From positions 1 to 64,000 of the IMG/VR virus record IMGVR_UViG_3300003323_000915: a stretch of DNA of 64,000 bases; one strand, given 5' to 3'. Below are positions 50,657 through 60,761 of this stretch, piece by piece. The stretch comes from a virus. The first letter of the stretch is position 1, and each line of letters opens with the position of its first letter. The notes below the pieces were generated by a model. That model was given only the letters and a program-made list of their open reading frames with translations. It was not told where the DNA came from and searched no databases. The translations under genes were made by a program, and so were the position numbers.

Positions 50657-51024
50657 AAATAGCTATTGATGTAGATAGTACGATCGTGTTTAACCAGTAT
50701 CCGTATTTCGGTGACTCAGTCCCAAATGTCGAAAAAGTATTAAAGCGAATTATTACTGCCGGACATGAAATAATAATTCTGACAATGAGAGATGGCAGAT
50801 TGCTGGACGATGCAGTTGAATGGTTTTTAAAGAATAGCATACCAGTTAAGTACATTAATTGCAACCCAGAGTTTGAGACTGGATCAAGAAAGGTGTACGC
50901 AAATCTATACATCGATGACCATAATCTCGGCATTCCACTTATTCATAACTACGAAGTACATCCAAAACCATTCGTTGACTGGCTTGCAGTTGAAAAAATA
51001 TTGGAAGCAAAAGGATATTTATGA
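50653..51024 (+). CDS. Capless HAD-superfamily phosphatase
   Basis: IAIDVDSTIV (DxD), ILTMR, RKVYANLYIDD. Confidence 0.85.
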   Translation: MKIAIDVDSTIVFNQYPYFGDSVPNVEKVLKRIITAGHEIIILTMRDGRLLDDAVEWFLKNSIPVKYINCNPEFETGSRKVYANLYIDDHNLGIPLIHNYEVHPKPFVDWLAVEKILEAKGYL

Positions 51025-51241
51025 ACCGAATCAATCAATTTAATTTCGAGCCAGGAATCTATGTGTGTGCCGCGTACATAATGGTTGTGGTTACTGAATT
51101 AGTTACGCATCACGATGACGGAACCGAACTACAAGAGCTACCAGACCCCATGGTGGTATTCAGATCACTGGAAGACAAGATCGAAAAATACACACGACAT
51201 TCTATGAGATTAAGTGCCTTCAAAAGTAAATACAAGAGAGC

Positions 51242-51772
51242 ATGATGGAAGCATGGAAAGACATTCCTGGTTATGACGGATACCAAGCAAGTAATTCAGG
51301 ACGCATTAAAAGTGTAGGAAGAATCGTAACATCGAAGGGGTTTGGTGGATGCTTATTTACAGTGCATGAAAAAATTTTAAAACAAGAAGTAACCAGAGAT
51401 GGATATCTAAGGGTTACGTTGAGTCTAAATGGAAAGACTAAAAGATTTTCCGTTCACAGAATTGTTGCAGAGTTATTTATCACAAAGAAAGAGGGTAAAC
51501 CATTCGTTAACCACATCAATGGCATAAAATCAGACAATAGGGTAGAAAATTTGGAATGGTGCACGATTTCGGAAAACGAAAAGCATGCGTATAATTGCCT
51601 AGGCAAAATACCCCCACAAGCAAAACTTGTTTTAGACACTCAAACCGGTGTGTTCTATTCTTCGGTCACTAAAGCCGCGACAGCAAAAAACATTAATCCA
51701 AAATTTTTACTGGAATTACTCGGTGTAAAAGGCATGAACAGAGTAAACAAAACAGGATTAATTAAAGTATGA
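51242..51772 (+). CDS. NUMOD4-HNH homing endonuclease
   Basis: WKDIPGYDGYQASNSGRIKS, VHRIVA, VNHINGIKSDNRVENLEW. Confidence 0.93.
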   Translation: MMEAWKDIPGYDGYQASNSGRIKSVGRIVTSKGFGGCLFTVHEKILKQEVTRDGYLRVTLSLNGKTKRFSVHRIVAELFITKKEGKPFVNHINGIKSDNRVENLEWCTISENEKHAYNCLGKIPPQAKLVLDTQTGVFYSSVTKAATAKNINPKFLLELLGVKGMNRVNKTGLIKV

Positions 51773-53037
51773 TCACACTTCGCGATTATCAAATCAAAGC
51801 TGTTTCTGAGCTTGTACCAATTCTTACTAAATACAATCTTGCGTACTTAGCCGCTGAAGTGCGATGTGGTAAAAACTTCATGAGCATGGAGACTGCTAAG
51901 CAATTAGGATGGCGTAAGATATGCTTTATCACTAAAAAGTCAGCATTCAGTGGTGTAAAACTGGATTATCAGAATTTCGGATATCAGTTTCAGTTGTTTG
52001 ATGTTTTCAACTTCGAGCAGTCACACAATATCCATCCGGTGTACGACGGGTACATCATCGATGAGGCACATAGTATTGGAGCATTTCCGAAGCCAGGCGC
52101 ACACTGTAAAGAGATCCGAAAATTAATTCACGCTAAAAAAAGTCCATGCCTGCTGATGTCCGGCACCCCAACAGCTGAATCTTATTCACAAATATTCCAT
52201 CAATTATGGGTGTCACCATTTACGCCATTCCAAGGATATGGACACCGATCCGGAGAGTTTTACGGATGGGCGAAGGAGTATGTGGACGTAAAGCAAAAGT
52301 TTATCAATGGATTTGCGATCAACGACTACAAAAAAGCGAATAAAGAAAAAATCGAAGAAGTGCTGAAACACTACATGGTCACCGTCTCTCAGCAAGACGC
52401 CGGATTTACATCATTTGTCCAAGAAGAGGTATTCTACGTTGACATCGACAAGCGCCTATATCAGCTGATGAATGTCTTGAAAGAAAAGAAGATCTATCAA
52501 ATGAAGACCACGGGCGATTACATCGTTGCCGATACACCAGCTCGCATGCAGCAATGCTTCCATCAGCTCAGCAGCGGCACCATCATTACCGGTGAAGATC
52601 CGTCTAAAAAATATCATGTTATTGATGAATCAAAGGCCCATTTCATTAAGCAGAAATTTGCCGGTAAAAAGATCGCGATCTATTACTACTACGTCAGCGA
52701 AGGAGAGCTTCTGCGCCGGCTGTTCCCAATGAACACCGATTCCCCGGAATTGTTCAACGCCAGCGACAACCTTGTATTTATCCGGCAGATGGTATCTGGA
52801 AGTCTAGGCGTAAACATTTCAACGTGTGACTGGCTTCTGATGTATAACATTGGCTTTTCGGCAAATATTTACTGGCAGGTACGCGCACGCATGCAGACGA
52901 AGGACCGGACAGCGCCGAGCAGGCTTGGATGGATTTTCAGCAAAAACGGGATTGAGAAATACGTACTGAAGGTTTTACAGAAAAAGAAGAACTTCACAAC
53001 TGCGTACTTCATCAGGGATTTCAAGATCGACGTGTAA
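51769..53037 (+). CDS. SF2 (SNF2-like) helicase
   Basis: LRDYQ, RCGKN, IIDEAH, MSGTP, GVNIS, QVRAR. Confidence 0.85.
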   Translation: MITLRDYQIKAVSELVPILTKYNLAYLAAEVRCGKNFMSMETAKQLGWRKICFITKKSAFSGVKLDYQNFGYQFQLFDVFNFEQSHNIHPVYDGYIIDEAHSIGAFPKPGAHCKEIRKLIHAKKSPCLLMSGTPTAESYSQIFHQLWVSPFTPFQGYGHRSGEFYGWAKEYVDVKQKFINGFAINDYKKANKEKIEEVLKHYMVTVSQQDAGFTSFVQEEVFYVDIDKRLYQLMNVLKEKKIYQMKTTGDYIVADTPARMQQCFHQLSSGTIITGEDPSKKYHVIDESKAHFIKQKFAGKKIAIYYYYVSEGELLRRLFPMNTDSPELFNASDNLVFIRQMVSGSLGVNISTCDWLLMYNIGFSANIYWQVRARMQTKDRTAPSRLGWIFSKNGIEKYVLKVLQKKKNFTTAYFIRDFKIDV

Positions 53038-53315
53038 TGGCCGGTGAGTCAAAACTTCAGACTAAAATAAAAAACAAACTCAGGCTGGATGGATGGTTTG
53101 TCACAAAAATTTCAATGACAAGCAGGCCCGGGTGGCCAGATTTATACCTTCTTAAAGATGGCAGAAGCGTGTGGTTGGAGATAAAGGACGGTAAAAAACT
53201 GAAAGAATTGCAGATATACATACGCGACGAGATTCGGAAATTTGGCGGAGAATCGTATTCAGCCGCCAATTGGGATGAGTTCATCGCCTTGAACCTCATA
53301 TCGACTTGCAAATGA
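53037..53315 (+). CDS. VRR-NUC nuclease
   Basis: ESKLQ..GWPDL..WLEIK..LQ. Confidence 0.88.
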   Translation: MAGESKLQTKIKNKLRLDGWFVTKISMTSRPGWPDLYLLKDGRSVWLEIKDGKKLKELQIYIRDEIRKFGGESYSAANWDEFIALNLISTCK

Positions 53316-53317
53316 TC

Positions 53318-53331
53318 GTAACATTTGTTAC
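53318..53331. promoter_or_regulatory. Palindrome copy 4, GTAACATTTGTTAC
   Basis: Exact sequence in the intergenic region after VRR-NUC. Confidence 0.7.
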
Positions 53332-53435
53332 TATTGTATTGCCACACGGTTTTGAGGGAGTTTCCGTGTTTGGTTAATAGTAACAGGTTTAGCCGGGGCA
53401 TGTGGTTGTGTCCCGGCTTATTTTAAACTAAATCT

Positions 53436-54454
53436 ATGAAGATCGTAATATCAATCGCCTGGGGAGTTGCTTGGTTTGTAGCGGCTCTTGTTGAATCAAT
53501 CCTGATAGGAGCAACGAGCTACAGCGATATGAATTCATTCGGAAAAATCGCGACCATTATGACCTGCGTTCCGGTTGCGTATTGGGTAATCTTGGCGATT
53601 ATTGGAACAGCGCAAAATATTTTCAAAAAATGACACAACACGAAGCATTAAATGTTTTAATAAAATCACTTGGTGATACAAATCCTATAAGCGACGGTTA
53701 TCACACATTTGAAGAATTGTATGATCATAGAATTACCCTTTACGTGGCTCTCTGTAAGCAATTATCAAAAGAACGGCATGACATCTGGAGGACAGCAATC
53801 CATTCTGATAACAGTGTATGGGATGGATGGTTCTTGCTAGGCATCGGTTATAATGCCGGTGAACAGATAACATACCATCTCCCTGTATCAAGATGGGAAG
53901 AGTGCGACTTCGCTATACAAATACACAAGGCGCCAACATTCGACGGGCACAGTTCGGCACAGGTGATCCAAAGAATAAAAAACTTATAAATGAGAATAAT
54001 CGTATCATTCATTCTCCTCCTTCTGCCGACATGGCTCGAAGTGTACAAAGACCGCAACGGCGATGTTCATCCGAATCATGATTGGATTTTTCGCGGAGTG
54101 CTTTGCCTTATCGTTGGCTTTTTGCTTGGACTCGTATCGACTACCAATCACCACTTTTTATTGCCGTGTATAAAGTACACGATATCATCAGCACTGTTGT
54201 TTGCCGGCATATTCCCGTACTGGATCAACTTCGTTCAGCTCAAAAATGGGATAACAACATATGCTAAAGTCCCAAAATTGCACTTGTATGGATATAGACT
54301 ACTATCCAAATCAGAGGTACTTGACCATGTATTAAACCACCTTTCTGATAGCGCCTGGCCAGATAAAACAAAATGGTGGAGATCAATTGGATGGCTTGGC
54401 AGGCTTATTGTGAATATGATCCTTATTACCATTGCTGTCCTTCTTGTAGTATGA
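53436..54454 (+). CDS. Membrane protein (53436), SDGYHTFEELY-motif protein (53630..53989), multi-TM protein (53990)
   Basis: TM segments; SDGYHTFEELYDHR..QITYHLP..FDGH motif common in phages. Confidence 0.6.
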
Positions 54455-54819
54455 AAACACTGATCCTTGGATTGCTATTAATTTCGGCGAATCTTTCCGC
54501 TCAGAATTTTTATTCCGAGTTGAACGAATACCGAAAAAGACATTTTCTTCGGCCGCTTGAAGTTGACTCAATGCTCGAGATCGAATCCAAAATTCAGATC
54601 AATAAAATCATCAATAGGTGGCATGGCGGCCTTGTTCACGGATCGGTGAATGATAAAAATCACAAATTCAAGACTGAAGTTTTGAATAAAAATTGTGAGT
54701 CAGATCTGATATGCTGGCTCGAAAGCCCTCCGCATAAGAAGGCAATTTTAAGTCGTAAGGCGCGAAAAATAGGCTATGCTAAAATCAATAACATAGCCTG
54801 CGCAAGACTTACAGATTAG
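54451..54819 (+). CDS. Secreted CAP/SCP-domain protein
   Basis: Signal peptide MKTLILGLLL; LNEYR..L.PL, WLESPPHKKAIL..IGYA. Confidence 0.8.
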   Translation: MKTLILGLLLISANLSAQNFYSELNEYRKRHFLRPLEVDSMLEIESKIQINKIINRWHGGLVHGSVNDKNHKFKTEVLNKNCESDLICWLESPPHKKAILSRKARKIGYAKINNIACARLTD

Positions 54820-55304
54820 CGGCCGCGCTTCAATATTGCACGAACTTTATTCTTGTACATCGTACCTCCGCCTTTTGTCGGGCTGTCTGTACCATACGTC
54901 ATAGCCATTGGCTTCAATCTTCCGCCGGACTTGCCGGTTGATTTTTTCTCAGGCGCTGGAGTCTTTTTATTCTCAACAACGGCAGCTGGTTTCGGAGTGA
55001 CTTTTTTAATTTCAGGCTTATTTACCGGAATTTGCACGTCAACTTTATCGGCATCTTTCTTCACGGTGGTCACGCCGGCACGATATGGTTTCCCGTCTTT
55101 GTAGGCAATGTCCTGTTTTTTTGCGCGGGCATCTTCAATAAAGTCGGCATCTTTGTTCTCAGCGTTCTCTTTTCCATAACGCTTGTCACCAGTCAATGCG
55201 CGTGACGGTGTATACGTTTTTGTTTCTGCGCCTCTCTTGAAAGAGAGTGACACACCTGATTTTTTTGGTTGGCCTGGACCTGTCTTGTTACTGTAGGTTT
55301 TCAT
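54816..55304 (-). CDS. Lys-rich basic low-complexity protein
   Basis: 162 aa, K/P/G-rich; begins MKTYSNK; divergent from the packaging operon. Confidence 0.65.
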   Translation of the reverse strand: MKTYSNKTGPGQPKKSGVSLSFKRGAETKTYTPSRALTGDKRYGKENAENKDADFIEDARAKKQDIAYKDGKPYRAGVTTVKKDADKVDVQIPVNKPEIKKVTPKPAAVVENKKTPAPEKKSTGKSGGRLKPMAMTYGTDSPTKGGGTMYKNKVRAILKRGR

Positions 55305-55309
55305 TTTCG

Positions 55310-55317
55310 TATCTTTG
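55310..55317 (+). promoter_or_regulatory. Bacteroidota-type -7 promoter box TATCTTTG (also TAAATTTG 58007, TATCTTTG 60738)
   Basis: Matches TAnnTTTG, 14-22 nt upstream of late-gene starts. Confidence 0.6.
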
Positions 55318-55331
55318 GTTAAAATTTTAGT

Positions 55332-55868
55332 ATGGTAAAATTTTCAGACTTTGATGTATGTCAATCGTTCGTACACAAAGATAAAGCAAAAATACTGTCA
55401 TACATATCCCTGCTTTACGATCGGGAATCATCACTCAACGGAATCCAGAATTTATCCGACCGAAAGAGGGAAGCTTGCAGTCGAGCGAAGCTTGATGCGA
55501 GAGATCCAGAGATAATATCCATTATGGACATGCAGCATGAGCAAGTCAACAAACTGATATTCGCCTACCTGTCGCAGTTTCAGAATAGTAACGCATATCA
55601 TAAGCTGTGCTCCGATCAGCAACTATTCTGGGATATCCAGAAAATATTAATGAGCCCAGGTGGAACGGATGATGAAGATAAATTGATGGAGAAGTACAAG
55701 AAGCGCGGAGATTTATCAAAAACCGCCGATCAATTGCTGACAACAATAAATAAGCTGTTCTCTGAAATATACAAGGATGACGACGTCCAAGAAGTTGCCG
55801 CCACAATGATGAGGCAGATGCTTCGTCCAGAGGACAGAGTAAGACAGAAAGAGAGGACTAATGTTTAA
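55332..55868 (+). CDS. Putative terminase small subunit
   Basis: Helical 178 aa overlapping the TerL start. Confidence 0.45.
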   Translation: MVKFSDFDVCQSFVHKDKAKILSYISLLYDRESSLNGIQNLSDRKREACSRAKLDARDPEIISIMDMQHEQVNKLIFAYLSQFQNSNAYHKLCSDQQLFWDIQKILMSPGGTDDEDKLMEKYKKRGDLSKTADQLLTTINKLFSEIYKDDDVQEVAATMMRQMLRPEDRVRQKERTNV

Positions 55869-58002
55869 TCCGACAAACAATCCATATCGATTCCAGTATC
55901 TAATCACTGCAATAACCGGAGGAGGCATTCAACAGGTATTTCTTCCGGATGTTCCGCCTGACGCTGAAATTCTTTTCCATAAAGAACAAAAATGGGTTCG
56001 CCCTCAGCCAACGGAAGCAACTCGTAGAGCCATCAGGGAATACGCGAAAAGAGTACAGGAGGATAAAAATTATATCCACCCGATGCAGATGCAGATCAAT
56101 GAATGGGCGGATCAAGAATGGGAAAGGTCTGAGAAAGGCGTCTGGATATGGATTAAAGGTGTGCCTACGTATATCACCGGTTTTTATTACTGGTATTTAA
56201 CTTCTTGGCAGACGACGTTCGGATTTCCGATGTATCGCGAAACCGACAAGGAGCTCACATACCTGCTTCAATTCTGCGAAGAAGATCCGGACTGCTACGG
56301 TTTATTATTGAACACAGTCCGTCGGTACGGTAAATCTTCCCTGATGGGTGGATGGGGAATGTATCGAACAACACGTAACAAAAATCATTATACTGGCTGC
56401 CAAGGAGAAAATGATCACAAGGCAGGATTGTTTTATACCCAGATGATTCGATCGCCATTTAAAAAATTGCCGTTTTATTTTTTACCGAGATACGACACTA
56501 CATCGGCATTAACCTCCGACATAAAATTTGAACGTCCGGTTGAGAGAAGCAGACTCGCCGTGATTGGTGATTTTGATGAATCTGAAGATCTTGAATCAAG
56601 ACTTGATTACCGAGCATCTGGTGTTGCCGAATACGACGGTAGTGTACTGCATACTTACCTCATGGAGGAGGCCGGTAAGATATTGAATTGTAATGTGAAT
56701 GACCGGTGGGCTATCGTGAAACCTTGTCTTCGGAAAGGTAAAGATCTGCGGGGAAAAGCCTTCATGGGCACTACCGTAGAATTTATGGATTCAACAGGTA
56801 AGGGAGGACGCGCTTATAAAAAATTATTTTACGAAAGCGACTTTGATCAGAAGCAGCCTGACAAGAGAACGAAGAGTGGACTGTATGCATGCTTCCTCCC
56901 TGGAGATTGCGCACATGAAAGTTTCTTAGATGAATGGGGACGACCGAAGCGAGAAGAGGCGAAAGAATGGATCTTACTCGAGCGTGAATCGTATAAGGAC
57001 AACCCGAAAGAATTATCCGGCGTGATCCGTCGGTACCCATTATACATCCGAGAGATTTTCTACATCAACACCGATCGCTGCGAATTCAACGCCACAATTC
57101 TTCAAGACAGAAAATCAGAACTTGAATCATTACCCGAGCCAATTCTTGTTAAAGGTGAATTTTACTGGGTTGACAATAAAAGATTTGGCGAGGTTCGGTT
57201 CAGGCACAATCAGTACACTGGCTGGGCATGGATACATTCACTGATTACAAATCCAAAAGAAACAAACCTTGTTCAGCGAAAACTTGGACATGACAGGCCT
57301 ATTTTTGCTCCAACAAACGACGCGAAATTTATTGCCGGAGTTGACCCGGTTGATCACGGTGTGGTTATCGAAGGCAAAGGTGGGGATGAAGAATACATCA
57401 GCACGCGCCGGTCGAAGCCGGTGCTGTTTGTGAAGCGGAAATACGACTCATCGATTGATGGTATCATAAGTCAAGAAATTTTAGAGCAACGCGCGAAAGA
57501 AAAATTTCCATACAAAACCAATCGGTACGTCGCTATGATGGATGTTCGTCCAAACGACCCGCTTGTTTTTTACGAACGAGCGTTGATGATGATGTGGTAC
57601 TTTGGATGCAGCCTGCATGCAGAGTCTCAAAAGCCAGGCATCATGAATTATTTTCACGAGCACGGATGCGGTGACTTTATTTTACAAAAGTATGTAGCCG
57701 AAAGTGGGTACAAGCGGAACATGACCATGGACGGAACACCAGCCAGCGGACCAATCATTCAGGAGTACACCGGCGCGCTGGCGACTTACATTGAGTACTT
57801 CGGACACACCATACCGTTTGTTGATCTCGTTGAAGATTTATTGATTTTCAATCCAAAAAAGACAACGGAACATGACTACTCTGTGGCGGCCGGGTTCACG
57901 GAAATGGCGTGCAAGATTCAGCCGAAAACTTACACTTTACCGGTGATCGATATTCACGATTTCATGCCCGGTTTTGATGAATATGGGAATGTCGTTGCAT
58001 AA
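55861..58002 (+). CDS. terL: Terminase large subunit (crAss-like)
   Basis: YITGFYYWYL, RRYGKS (Walker A), MEEAGK (Walker B), AGVDPVD nuclease, HAESQK, HDYSVA. Confidence 0.9.
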   Translation: MFNPTNNPYRFQYLITAITGGGIQQVFLPDVPPDAEILFHKEQKWVRPQPTEATRRAIREYAKRVQEDKNYIHPMQMQINEWADQEWERSEKGVWIWIKGVPTYITGFYYWYLTSWQTTFGFPMYRETDKELTYLLQFCEEDPDCYGLLLNTVRRYGKSSLMGGWGMYRTTRNKNHYTGCQGENDHKAGLFYTQMIRSPFKKLPFYFLPRYDTTSALTSDIKFERPVERSRLAVIGDFDESEDLESRLDYRASGVAEYDGSVLHTYLMEEAGKILNCNVNDRWAIVKPCLRKGKDLRGKAFMGTTVEFMDSTGKGGRAYKKLFYESDFDQKQPDKRTKSGLYACFLPGDCAHESFLDEWGRPKREEAKEWILLERESYKDNPKELSGVIRRYPLYIREIFYINTDRCEFNATILQDRKSELESLPEPILVKGEFYWVDNKRFGEVRFRHNQYTGWAWIHSLITNPKETNLVQRKLGHDRPIFAPTNDAKFIAGVDPVDHGVVIEGKGGDEEYISTRRSKPVLFVKRKYDSSIDGIISQEILEQRAKEKFPYKTNRYVAMMDVRPNDPLVFYERALMMMWYFGCSLHAESQKPGIMNYFHEHGCGDFILQKYVAESGYKRNMTMDGTPASGPIIQEYTGALATYIEYFGHTIPFVDLVEDLLIFNPKKTTEHDYSVAAGFTEMACKIQPKTYTLPVIDIHDFMPGFDEYGNVVA

Positions 58003-58036
58003 TCGCTAAATTTGGTAAAATATTCATTTCCAGGAT

Positions 58037-58348
58037 ATGGCCAAGACGAATCCACGCAAGACATTGGATGAGGTTTTAGAAAGCACAGAATTTGAGTTAA
58101 ATCCATCCCATGTATCCGATTGGCATTACGGCTATTCACCCGAACAATTCCTGACCATTAAGAAGGAAGTCCCAAAAGAACGGTTCGGAAAATTCAACAT
58201 TGAAGCGGCAATAACAAACCCAAAATCCATACGATTCAGGCAGATGGCATCACAATTCGATTACGGAAAAGCCGGTGATTATCTGTTTTTGGACATGGGC
58301 GGCGGAATGATGGGAATACCTTACAAACTTTTTAAAAGACTGTTCTGA
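58037..58348 (+). CDS. Hypothetical protein
   Basis: Between TerL and portal. Confidence 0.55.
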   Translation: MAKTNPRKTLDEVLESTEFELNPSHVSDWHYGYSPEQFLTIKKEVPKERFGKFNIEAAITNPKSIRFRQMASQFDYGKAGDYLFLDMGGGMMGIPYKLFKRLF

Positions 58349-58349
58349 A

Positions 58350-60731
58350 ATGGATCAAATAGGCGAAACACAACTGGTCGACTCGACATTTGCCTTAAAA
58401 GGCTCAATGTTCCCAAATGAATATGTAAGTCCGTTGATCAAAGAACTCCCGGAATACGGAGTGATGTACGCCCGAGCGATCTTTTACTCCGCAAACAAAT
58501 TCGGGGGATACACCTTCTGGAATGACAGCGAATTCCAGGCATTGACCGAGATATCCCAAGGCAGACAGAGTATCAGCGACCTGCGCAAGATGTTTGGGTT
58601 CTTCAAGGATAAAAGCGACGACCCGGCCGATGATGGCTCGTCTTCGCTTGCTTATTTGAATCTTCAGGTATTAAATCTTGCACCAAAGTACATCAACCGG
58701 GCGGTGGCGAAGGTGATGAATTTGGAATACGAAGTCCAGCTTGAGGCGGTAGATCCGGTTTCGGTCCACGATAAAAAGAATTACGAGGCATCTATTGCCG
58801 CGTTCTACGAATTCAAAAACTGGCTCGCTGACATCAAAATGACGCCGCGGGACTTTTTCCCGGATCTTGATTTGGATGTTTTACCGGAATATCCGGACGA
58901 ATTAATGATGGAAATGCTGGTAAATCCAAAGCTCCAGCGATGTATCGACGGAGAGAACGCGATATCTTTGATCCATCAAATCAATGATTTCAACCAAAAG
59001 ATGCGACTCGCAACCAACGATAAAGTGGTTTACGGCCGCGGGCACTTACATGTTTACCGTGATGAGAACGGAATTCCGCGTGTTGACCGGATAAACCCAA
59101 AATATTATGTCGGCAGCTACGTTGAAAATGAGAATTTCAATGAACAGGAGTATGCCGGGTATTATGATTTCCCGACTATAAATCAATTCCGGAAAGAATC
59201 TCGCGATACATTAACAGAAGAGCAGATTGAATTTGTAATTCAGAAATATGCCAACGAGAACAGTATCCAGAACTACAACAATGCATCGCGCGAGAACGCA
59301 AAATACGACGGACTGAATTATATCCCGGTTCTGCGTTTCTACTACCTGAGTAATGATGACCGTGTATTTGTCACACGTCCGAATAAGTACGGCAATCCGA
59401 CGATTATGGAACGTGGACTTGAGTGGAAGCCACGCGAAGACGATAAAAGATTCAGTCCTGATGGTGATTCGCAGATCGTAAGAAATTCGTACACCTCGGT
59501 TTATGGAGGTACCTGGGTATTGGACAGCAACATAATTTACGACTACGGACGGAAATCTTACCCAAGATCCAATCTTGTGGATGTCCGATTGCCTATCATA
59601 ACCTTTGCGCCAAATTACAAAGATGGACGCACGGTGAGCTTCGCCGCGCAAATGATCGAGCCGCTATTCATGATCAATCTGGCTTGGAACAAAATCAAGG
59701 AAATTTTAGCGAAAGGCTGGATGGGTGTTCAAGAGATTGACTTTACGCAACTTGAAGCTGTGTCGCTCGGTAAAGGCGGGAAATCGTGGAGCCCGAGAGA
59801 AGTATACAAGCATTTCCTCCAAACGCAACGATTAATCAAGCGATCGCCGGTAAACAAATACGATCAGAATCGTTCTGGGAGCGCCGTTGACAGCAATCCA
59901 TCGGGACTTCAAATGTCAGATTATTTCAGCGCCTTTACCACTGGCATAAACATGCTCGAGCAAATGACCGGGACCACAGTCGCGGAGCAGATAAATACAC
60001 CAGACAGACTCGCCGTCGGTGTTATGGAGCAATCACAGGCTACCGGGGACTTGGATATGGAGTATTTATTCAACTCGCACCGGTATTTATACAAAGCCGC
60101 AAGTGAACAGTTGCTATATCTCGTACAAGAAGCCAAGCGTGATGGCGTTGGTATCGCCGGATTTATTCCGGCCCTCGGGAAACATTTCACAGTTCCGGAT
60201 GCGGTTGCAGACTGTGATTACGGACTATTTTTAACAAAGGCACCAGGGCCTCAACAATGGGCCGAGTTCTACCAAGAGCTTGCTATTGGTATTGAGAAAG
60301 GGCAGATATCAAATTTCGACGCTGCATTTATTCGTGAAATAAAGAACCTGAAGCAGGCGCGCCAGATACTCGGCATCCGTATGAAAATCAACGAGCGCAA
60401 GGCAGGTCAGCTAATGCAGGCTAACCAGCAGGCACAAATGGACGCTAACCAGCAGGCCGCGCAGCTTAAGAACCAAGGAACAATGGCTGAACTTGAACGT
60501 AAGTCACAACTTGACCAAGAAGCAATTCGTTTGCAAGGATTGATCGATGAGCATTTACTGATCAAAGAAAAAGAACTTGATGCGGCCATCGCAGACAAAT
60601 CCGATCTCGCTAAAAAGCAGATCGCTAAACAGACAAGCGTTGACGAGATCATCAAGCAGGCAGTCAGAAACAAGCCGGAATACGCAAAAGCGGAAGCTCG
60701 TGTAGAGAAGGCGAGTGAACCAAAAAAATAA
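58350..60731 (+). CDS. Portal protein (crAss-like)
   Basis: 793 aa; GRQS..SLAYLNL..APKYI..EAVDPVS; Q-rich C-terminal barrel; position after TerL. Confidence 0.85.
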   Translation: MDQIGETQLVDSTFALKGSMFPNEYVSPLIKELPEYGVMYARAIFYSANKFGGYTFWNDSEFQALTEISQGRQSISDLRKMFGFFKDKSDDPADDGSSSLAYLNLQVLNLAPKYINRAVAKVMNLEYEVQLEAVDPVSVHDKKNYEASIAAFYEFKNWLADIKMTPRDFFPDLDLDVLPEYPDELMMEMLVNPKLQRCIDGENAISLIHQINDFNQKMRLATNDKVVYGRGHLHVYRDENGIPRVDRINPKYYVGSYVENENFNEQEYAGYYDFPTINQFRKESRDTLTEEQIEFVIQKYANENSIQNYNNASRENAKYDGLNYIPVLRFYYLSNDDRVFVTRPNKYGNPTIMERGLEWKPREDDKRFSPDGDSQIVRNSYTSVYGGTWVLDSNIIYDYGRKSYPRSNLVDVRLPIITFAPNYKDGRTVSFAAQMIEPLFMINLAWNKIKEILAKGWMGVQEIDFTQLEAVSLGKGGKSWSPREVYKHFLQTQRLIKRSPVNKYDQNRSGSAVDSNPSGLQMSDYFSAFTTGINMLEQMTGTTVAEQINTPDRLAVGVMEQSQATGDLDMEYLFNSHRYLYKAASEQLLYLVQEAKRDGVGIAGFIPALGKHFTVPDAVADCDYGLFLTKAPGPQQWAEFYQELAIGIEKGQISNFDAAFIREIKNLKQARQILGIRMKINERKAGQLMQANQQAQMDANQQAAQLKNQGTMAELERKSQLDQEAIRLQGLIDEHLLIKEKELDAAIADKSDLAKKQIAKQTSVDEIIKQAVRNKPEYAKAEARVEKASEPKK

Positions 60732-60761
60732 TTTTAGTATCTTTGAGATAAATAAAAAGTT

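Noticed and set aside
49922-51772. Group I introns or inteins around the homing endonucleases
   Set aside because: Both endonucleases are free-standing and ATGA-coupled, flanking genes look complete, and TerL/helicase show no intein motifs
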